A stretch of 64,000 nucleotides of DNA from Thermodesulfobacteriota bacterium (GTDB taxonomy: Bacteria; Desulfobacterota_D; UBA1144; Nemesobacterales; Mycalebacteriaceae). The stretch is from contig CBDAQI010000001.1 in the NCBI GenBank assembly GCA_965198945.1, positions 64,001 to 128,000 of the forward strand, written 5' to 3'. How positions within the stretch are numbered: position 1 is the stretch's first letter; each line of letters starts with the position of its first letter. This document shows, piece by piece, positions 57,934 to 64,000 of the stretch. Made by a program: the position numbers and the translations under genes. The notes under the pieces are model-generated. The model made no database searches, was not told where the DNA came from, and saw nothing but the letters and a program-made list of their open reading frames with translations.

Positions 57934-59664
57934 ATGCGCCTTTTATTTAAACCACGAGACCCGAGCTATGTAGGCGGCGGGCAGCTGCCTTTCGGCACTT
58001 TTGATGACACCACGCAGTGGCATCCGGTCACAAAAAATCTTGAGAACGGAGCGGACAGTTTCCCTGACAAGGAAATGTTCAAGGTCGGCGACAGAGACGG
58101 CAACATCGTTAAAACTTTCACATATAAACAGACCAATGAGCTTGCAAACAAGGTTTCAAACGGGCTCATAAAAGATTTTGGAATTGGCAAAGGCGACAAG
58201 GTTGGCATGTATATGCTTAACTGTGCCGAGTATGTTCTTTCCATCATAGCCGCTCACAAGGCCGGCGCGGTTCAGGTCCCCATCAACAAAGATGAAAAGG
58301 GTGAGCGGCTCGCATATGTAATCAACTATTCGGAAATGAAAGTGCTTGTTGTTGATGAAGGCAGCATTCCGTTTCTTGAAGAAATTGCCGGAAGCCTTGA
58401 AAAGCTTGAAGCCGTTTTTGTCGTATCCGAGACCGGAGGCGGCATTCCTCAGGAAATCGGCGGGGCGAAGGTTTACCCTTTTTCAGTGTTTGACGACTCG
58501 GACTCTTCAAATCCCGGTGTTGAAGTTTCAGTGCAAGACATGGAGAGATGCATGTTTACCTCCGGCACAACAGGGATGCCCAAAGGTGTCGCAAGAGACC
58601 ACGGTGGAGTTGTGATGACCGTTCGCTCATACATACAGCAGCAGGGCATAAGAAATGACGATGTTCTTATGAGCGTTCTTTCTCTCGGTCATGCAAATGC
58701 TCAGGTGATGTGCCTTTTCAGCGCGATGGGCGCCGGGGCGACCGCTGTGTTTTTCCCGCGTTTTTCAGCGTCCAATTTCTGGAAATGGGCGGCCGGGTGC
58801 GGAGCCACTTCGGTGAACATGCTGGGCGCGGTTGCCGAATATCTGTGGTCCGCTCCCCAGAGCGAATGGGATGCCAAGCACAAAGTCAGAATCATGCTCG
58901 GCTCCCCGGCTCCGAGAGACCTTGACCAGTTTCAGCAGAGATTCAATGTCAGGGTTATAGACGGCTACGGTTCAACCGAGATGGGAATGGTTCTCTGGAA
59001 AGATCCCGAAGACCACCGTCCCGGTTCTTCAGGCTTTCCGATGGAGGGATACCATGTTGAACTCAGAAATCCGGAAAACAATGACGAATCCGTCAAATAC
59101 TTCTGGGACCCGTCGGATGACATAACCCCGCCCGATGATGCAAAGGGGCTGCTGTTTATAAAGCCGCTTGTTCCGAACACGACCCTCAACGAATACTTCA
59201 AAGATGAGAGACGCACCAGAGAGGCGTTTGATGACGAGGGTTTTTTCAATTCGGACGACCTGTTTGCAAGGGGTATTGACGGCAGATACTACTTTGCCGG
59301 AAGATACAGCAGAATCAGGGTTTCGGGTGAGAATGTCGACCCGATTGCGGTCGCCGATGAGGCGATGCAGTATGCGGCCATACAGGAGGCCATAGCCGTG
59401 GGCCTAAGGCTTCCGAACGTTTCCGATGATGAAATCAAGCTTTGCCTGACTTTGAAAAAAGGCGAGATTTTTGACCCGGTTGAGTTCTGCAAATGGATGG
59501 CGGAAAGGGTTATTGTCGCTATGGTTCCGAGGTTTATAGAGGTCTATGAAGACGGATTTCCCGTAACCGCGACTCAAAAAGTCAAGGTCGCTGAAATCAA
59601 GGAAATAACCGGCAAAACCTGGGACAGAAATGAGGCGGGACTCAAGTTTAGCGCGAGAAAGTAG
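57934..59664 (+). CDS. ATP-dependent acyl-CoA ligase (CaiC-like), paralog 2
   Basis: FTSGTTGMPKG, DGYGSTE, GRYSRIRVSGENV, TATQK; AGGAGG RBS. Confidence 0.85.
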   Translation: MRLLFKPRDPSYVGGGQLPFGTFDDTTQWHPVTKNLENGADSFPDKEMFKVGDRDGNIVKTFTYKQTNELANKVSNGLIKDFGIGKGDKVGMYMLNCAEYVLSIIAAHKAGAVQVPINKDEKGERLAYVINYSEMKVLVVDEGSIPFLEEIAGSLEKLEAVFVVSETGGGIPQEIGGAKVYPFSVFDDSDSSNPGVEVSVQDMERCMFTSGTTGMPKGVARDHGGVVMTVRSYIQQQGIRNDDVLMSVLSLGHANAQVMCLFSAMGAGATAVFFPRFSASNFWKWAAGCGATSVNMLGAVAEYLWSAPQSEWDAKHKVRIMLGSPAPRDLDQFQQRFNVRVIDGYGSTEMGMVLWKDPEDHRPGSSGFPMEGYHVELRNPENNDESVKYFWDPSDDITPPDDAKGLLFIKPLVPNTTLNEYFKDERRTREAFDDEGFFNSDDLFARGIDGRYYFAGRYSRIRVSGENVDPIAVADEAMQYAAIQEAIAVGLRLPNVSDDEIKLCLTLKKGEIFDPVEFCKWMAERVIVAMVPRFIEVYEDGFPVTATQKVKVAEIKEITGKTWDRNEAGLKFSARK

Positions 59665-59695
59665 CTTTTTCGGAGCTTTTTCGGACGGAGATTTT

Positions 59696-60175
59696 ATGGA
59701 TCTGGCGCTTCGCCAGGCCGGGATTGCGGCTGAAAAAGGCGAAGTGCCGGTCGGCGCGGTTGTGGTGAACTCTGCGGGCGTCGTTATTTCCTCGGCGCAC
59801 AACGAGCGCGAAACCCTCGGCGACCCGACCGCCCATGCCGAGATTCTCGCAATCAGGAAGGCCGCTGAGAAAACGGGAAACTGGAGATTGCCGGGCTCCG
59901 TTCTGTATGTTACGCTTGAACCGTGCATGATGTGCATGGGCGCCGTGGTTAACTCGCGTGTCGGCACGGTGGTTTTCGGAGCTTACGATAAAAATTCGGG
60001 GGCGCTTGAAAGCGGCTGCGAAACTCAAACCTTTGGCGGAAACCGGATGGTCGGATACCGGGGCGGGGTCATGGAGAAGGAATGCTCCGGTGCGCTTCGG
60101 CGTTTTTTTCTTGATTTGAGAAAAGGCGGACATCCCTCCGGAGGTCTGTCCTTTCAAAAAGAGGCGGTTGAATAA
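59696..60175 (+). CDS. tadA: tRNA adenosine(34) deaminase
   Basis: GEVPVGAV, DPTAHAE, LYVTLEPCMMC. Confidence 0.9.
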   Translation: MDLALRQAGIAAEKGEVPVGAVVVNSAGVVISSAHNERETLGDPTAHAEILAIRKAAEKTGNWRLPGSVLYVTLEPCMMCMGAVVNSRVGTVVFGAYDKNSGALESGCETQTFGGNRMVGYRGGVMEKECSGALRRFFLDLRKGGHPSGGLSFQKEAVE

Positions 60176-60176
60176 G

Positions 60177-61319
60177 ATGTCACTTAACTTTGAGTTTAAC
60201 GAAGAGCAGAAACTTTTTCAGGAAACTCTGGTGGATTTTTGCGCCAATGAGATAGAACCCCTGGTTGAGGAACACGAAAAAGAGGAAAAATTCCCCGGCC
60301 AGATATTTCCGTTGCTCGGAGAAATGGGTTTTCTGGGAATTATGTATCCCGAAGAATACGGCGGGGTCGGCATGGACAAAATCACCGACTGCATTTTTGC
60401 CGAAGAGATGGGAAAAGTCTGGTCTGCGGCGGCGATGGCGGTGAACGCCCATATCGGGCTTGCGTGTTTCCCGATTTACAAATTCGGAACCGAAGAGCAA
60501 AAACAGAAATATCTGGTGCCCGGGCTCAAAGGAGAAAAAATAGGCTCTCTCGGGCTGACTGAACCATGGGCCGGTTCGGATGCCCGGAGCATCAGAACCC
60601 AGGCGGTAAAACAGGGCGGCAAATACATAATTAACGGCACAAAAACATGGATAACAAACGGAAGCATGGCGGACTTTTCCGTTGTCGCCGCCTATACGGA
60701 CAAAACGAAAAAGGGAGAAGGCATAAGCATATTTATTATTGAGAAAGATTTTCCGGGCTTCAGCGTAAGCGGGAAAATCCATAAACTCGGACACCGTGCG
60801 GCGGACACTTCCGAGCTGATTTTTGAGAACTGCGAGGTTCCCGAAGAAAATCTTCTTGTGGGGGAAGGCGGCTTCGGTTCCGCCATGGAAACCTTGCTCG
60901 GCGCCCGCATAACACACGCCGCCAAATCGGTGGGTCTGGCGCAGGCGGCTTTTGAATATGCGCTTCAGTATTCAAAAGAGAGGGAAACGTTCGGCAAACC
61001 CATATCCAAACATCAGGAAATTTCGTCCAAGCTCGCCACAATGGCTGTAAAGATAGAAGCGGCGCGCAACATAGTCTATAAAGCAGCCTGGCTTTACGGC
61101 AACAACAAGCCCGCACTCAAAGAGGCTTCCATGGCAAAGCTGTATTCGGCCGAAACCGTGCAGTGGGTTGCAACCGAGGCCATTCAGGTGCTCGGCGGGT
61201 ATGGTTACAGTGTGGAATACAAAGCCGAGCGTTTTTTCCGTGACGCGCGGCTCTCATCAATAACCGAAGGAACTTCGGAGATTCAGCGCCTAGTAATTGC
61301 CCGTGAAATAGGCTGCTGA
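60177..61319 (+). CDS. Acyl-CoA dehydrogenase
   Basis: LTEPWAGSD, NGTKTWITNG, RETFG.PI, Q.LGGYG, ITEGTSEIQR. Confidence 0.93.
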   Translation: MSLNFEFNEEQKLFQETLVDFCANEIEPLVEEHEKEEKFPGQIFPLLGEMGFLGIMYPEEYGGVGMDKITDCIFAEEMGKVWSAAAMAVNAHIGLACFPIYKFGTEEQKQKYLVPGLKGEKIGSLGLTEPWAGSDARSIRTQAVKQGGKYIINGTKTWITNGSMADFSVVAAYTDKTKKGEGISIFIIEKDFPGFSVSGKIHKLGHRAADTSELIFENCEVPEENLLVGEGGFGSAMETLLGARITHAAKSVGLAQAAFEYALQYSKERETFGKPISKHQEISSKLATMAVKIEAARNIVYKAAWLYGNNKPALKEASMAKLYSAETVQWVATEAIQVLGGYGYSVEYKAERFFRDARLSSITEGTSEIQRLVIAREIGC

Positions 61320-61417
61320 AGTTTTTTCTTCAACAAGAATTTTTTCAAAAACTGTTGACTTCACCTCCCTGTTTCTGTTAAAAGAATGAAAAGCTTACTT
61401 AAGGAGGTAAGGAGAAA

Positions 61418-61948
61418 ATGGTAGCAATTGAACAGCTGTTTGGTTTCGTCCATGTGCTTGTGGGGTTTGTATTCTTTGCAAACGGTATGACTCTGCTTGG
61501 CAAGACGGGCGGAAAGGAAGTCGGGGTTCTGAACCTCGGTGTTGCGGTTCTTATCACGCTCGCGGCCTGGGAGTTATACTCCATTAGCGGTGCGCTTGGC
61601 TATGCGACAGCTCTTGTCTGTGTGTTCGCACTCATATATTTGCTTGTCTATGCGGTTTTTGTTCACGGGCATGACGCCAAGGGACTTGGCTGGTATTGTC
61701 TGTTCGCAACAATTGTTTTTGTATGGTATGCGAACTTTTTCATGGGCGCCGGCCTTATGATGTTCGCTCTTTTCTGTCTGGCATGGGGACTGCTTACTCT
61801 GCTTTGCTTCTTTGCCTTTGCCCAGGGGAAAAATCTTGGAACGACAATAGGTTACTTATTCGTAATTGAAGCGTTTGTGACCCTTTTGATTCCGGGAATG
61901 ATGCTCCTCACGGAAACATGGCAGCCGCTTGGCGGGGTGCCCGGATAA
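61418..61948 (+). CDS. AmiS/UreI family urea/amide channel
   Basis: VGFVFFANG, KEVGVLN, F...YL, D.KGLGWYCLF, WG.L, T..IPG; strong RBS. Confidence 0.8.
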   Translation: MVAIEQLFGFVHVLVGFVFFANGMTLLGKTGGKEVGVLNLGVAVLITLAAWELYSISGALGYATALVCVFALIYLLVYAVFVHGHDAKGLGWYCLFATIVFVWYANFFMGAGLMMFALFCLAWGLLTLLCFFAFAQGKNLGTTIGYLFVIEAFVTLLIPGMMLLTETWQPLGGVPG

Positions 61949-61973
61949 GCAGCGCTTTTACCGGAAAATAAAT

Positions 61974-62008
61974 AAAAAGGAAGCCTTCTTAAAAGGCTTC
62001 CTTTTTTT
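61974..62008 (+). terminator. Intrinsic terminator
   Basis: AAAAAGGAAGCCTT-CTTAA-AAGGCTTCCTTTTTTT. Confidence 0.85.
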
Positions 62009-62046
62009 GCACCGGCCGGGTTGCAGGTGTGATATAATTCCATCAG

Positions 62047-62676
62047 ATGGCAATCAAAGTAAAAGTCGTACGTCAGCCCGAGCTCAGTTTTTTTGAACGT
62101 CTGCATTTTCCACAGATACTGACCGGTCTTTTTATAACTCTGAGAAGCCTTTTCCGCTCAAAAATAACCGTCAATTATCCCGATGAAATAAAAGAACTGC
62201 CTCCAAACTACAGGGGGCTTCACGAAATGCCGGCTGACGATGAAGGCGAAATAAGGTGTGTCGCCTGTAAACTGTGTGAAGTTGCATGTCCGACTCAGGC
62301 TATTTCAATAGTCAGCGAGCCGGCGGATGACTATGGTGTGGAGAGAAGACCGAGTGTTTATAACATAGATTTTATGCGCTGCGTTTTCTGTGGTTTTTGC
62401 GTTGAAGCCTGTCCCTGTGACGCTTTGAGAATGGGGATGAAATATGAGCTTTCCTCATATAACAGAGCGGGCCTTGTTCATACAAAAGAGGTTTTTTTCA
62501 ACCCGAACCTCAAAAGTGACGCGCCGAGAGACAACGCAAACTTTCTCTACCAATGCATGAGGGGCGACATACTTGATGATTCAAGCGAGGTTGAAAAGGT
62601 GCATGGTCTGGACGGTTCCTACCGCCCGTCTGGATCCGGAGAATCCTCCGGCGGTGAAAGCTCATCTATTTCCTGA
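62047..62676 (+). CDS. nuoI: NADH-quinone oxidoreductase subunit I
   Basis: TVNYP, YRGLH, CVACKLCEVACP, RCVFCGFCVEACP. Confidence 0.9.
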   Translation: MAIKVKVVRQPELSFFERLHFPQILTGLFITLRSLFRSKITVNYPDEIKELPPNYRGLHEMPADDEGEIRCVACKLCEVACPTQAISIVSEPADDYGVERRPSVYNIDFMRCVFCGFCVEACPCDALRMGMKYELSSYNRAGLVHTKEVFFNPNLKSDAPRDNANFLYQCMRGDILDDSSEVEKVHGLDGSYRPSGSGESSGGESSSIS

Positions 62677-64000
62677 TAACCGCCTCTGTTTCTCAAACTC
62701 AAAATTCCCGAAAGAAGCGGCTTGAGCTGGGTTCTTTCAACTGATGTGTGTATTCCGCCCTTTTTCAGGTAGAAACCGGGTGTCATGGTTTCAGGTTTTA
62801 CTCCCCTTCCGCCGCTGGTGAGCTTCACAACCCTGTCTCCGGCAAACGCTATTATGGATTTTTTCTCGGCGATTATGAAATCACCCTGAACGGCGTAGCT
62901 TGCAAGAGCTCCGCCGGTTGTGGGATGGGCGAGAACGGATATGTATGAAAGACCGGACTCTTTCAGCTTCAGTATTGCGGAGATGGTTTTTGCCATCTGA
63001 TAAAGGGCGACGGTTCCCTCCTGCATTCTGGCTCCCCCGCTTGCCGTTACCGAAATAAGATCAAGCTCATTTTGTATGCAGTAATCGGTAATTATCCGCA
63101 TTTTTTCGCCGAAAACCGCGCTCATGGAGCCGCCCATAAAACGGAAATCACAGATTGCAACCCCGACCGGGCGGCCGAATATCGCTCCGTATCCTACGAC
63201 AAGCGAGTCTCTGGAGTTGGTCTTGCCGGCCATTTTCTTTCTCGTGTTTGAATAGTCCGCTATGTTGAATTCGGGCGATATGCTTTCAATTGTCAAGTCG
63301 GGACTGATCTCGCGGAAGGTCTCTTCATCAAAAAGAAACTCAATGTAATCATCCGAACCGAGCGATTCGGGCTTGTTGCAGTAAGGGCATGAAAAAAGAT
63401 TCGCCTCAACTTCCTCTCTTGTGTAACGGTTGCGGCATCCGGCGCGGACTATGTTTCCTTCCGAATCTTTCTCGTCGTTACAGAAAAACGGCTCCGCTCC
63501 GTAAATGGCGGTCTGAATTGCCGACACTTCGGGCGTTTTCGGGGTTGAAAGCCGGGACTTCAAAAGAGATTTGATTTTTCTCGTTATGACATTATAGAAG
63601 CCGGATTTTCTCTCCATTTGTCCGCACATGTTTATTTTGTCGCGCAGACCGCTTTTCAGTTCCTCAATGTCTTCACCCTCAATCTCCTCAATTGCTTCGG
63701 CGAGCTTTTTCTCTATTCTTTTCACCGTTTCCTTTTCATAGTTTTTGTTTCCGATTTTCGGTTCCTTGATTATGTGGTCAATGATATTGTATTTCAGCAT
63801 ATAGTCGGCCGTCGGCTGCAGCACCTCAAGGGCTTCGGCAACCTTATCGGGGCTTCTGAAAAGTATCGCCGAACATCCCTCGGGCGCGATGACGGAGAAC
63901 TCCGCTCTTGAAAGCATAAGTCTCCGGTGCGCCAGTTGAAGAGCTATGGCCCCTCCGCTTCCCCCGAGCCCTATGATTGTTGAAACCGAACGGGTTTTCA
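62619..64000 (-). CDS. Fused acyl-CoA carboxylase carboxyltransferase alpha-beta (5' part beyond window)
   Basis: AccA motifs (IIGLGGSGGA, SVIAPEGCSAIL) are in frame with AccD motifs (FMGGSM, SGGARMQEG, LYQMAK, PTTGG..AS). Confidence 0.8.
   Translation of the reverse strand, partial: KTRSVSTIIGLGGSGGAIALQLAHRRLMLSRAEFSVIAPEGCSAILFRSPDKVAEALEVLQPTADYMLKYNIIDHIIKEPKIGNKNYEKETVKRIEKKLAEAIEEIEGEDIEELKSGLRDKINMCGQMERKSGFYNVITRKIKSLLKSRLSTPKTPEVSAIQTAIYGAEPFFCNDEKDSEGNIVRAGCRNRYTREEVEANLFSCPYCNKPESLGSDDYIEFLFDEETFREISPDLTIESISPEFNIADYSNTRKKMAGKTNSRDSLVVGYGAIFGRPVGVAICDFRFMGGSMSAVFGEKMRIITDYCIQNELDLISVTASGGARMQEGTVALYQMAKTISAILKLKESGLSYISVLAHPTTGGALASYAVQGDFIIAEKKSIIAFAGDRVVKLTSGGRGVKPETMTPGFYLKKGGIHTSVERTQLKPLLSGILSLRNRGGYQEIDELSPPEDSPDPDGR

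Overview
A 64-kb, roughly 50% GC bacterial chromosome segment that spans the replication origin. oriC lies between dnaA and dnaN at about 8.1-8.4 kb, with DnaA boxes and DnaA-trios, and gene orientation flips around it. Gene style suggests a small, diderm, deltaproteobacteria-like genome such as Ca. Dadabacteria; this is inference and was not tested. Most content is housekeeping in scrambled order: pheA-hisC-tyrA, msrB, thiL, thiD, folD, folK, mutS, dapL, purH, trpE/G, algC-type mutase, tadA and an orphan nuoI. There are two tRNAs and a complete Pho regulon (pstSCAB-phoU, phoBR, phosphate porin) with visible 11-bp-periodic Pho boxes. Less ordinary content: (1) a tandem pair of enlarged acetoacetate-decarboxylase-superfamily genes with their own promoter, structured leader and terminator, near a PaaI thioesterase, a Zn-less DUF35 protein, twin CaiC-like CoA ligases, an acyl-CoA dehydrogenase, an AmiS/UreI channel and an alpha-beta-order AccA-AccD fusion, which may form an undescribed catabolic system; (2) two paralogous outer-membrane proteins bracketed by MITE-like repeats; (3) two candidate small or structured RNAs; (4) a displaced duplicate of the folD 3' end; (5) broken genes (radC, comM, DUF192, hicA). 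No CRISPR array, rRNA, transposase or prophage was seen. All product calls come from motif recognition, not database searches.
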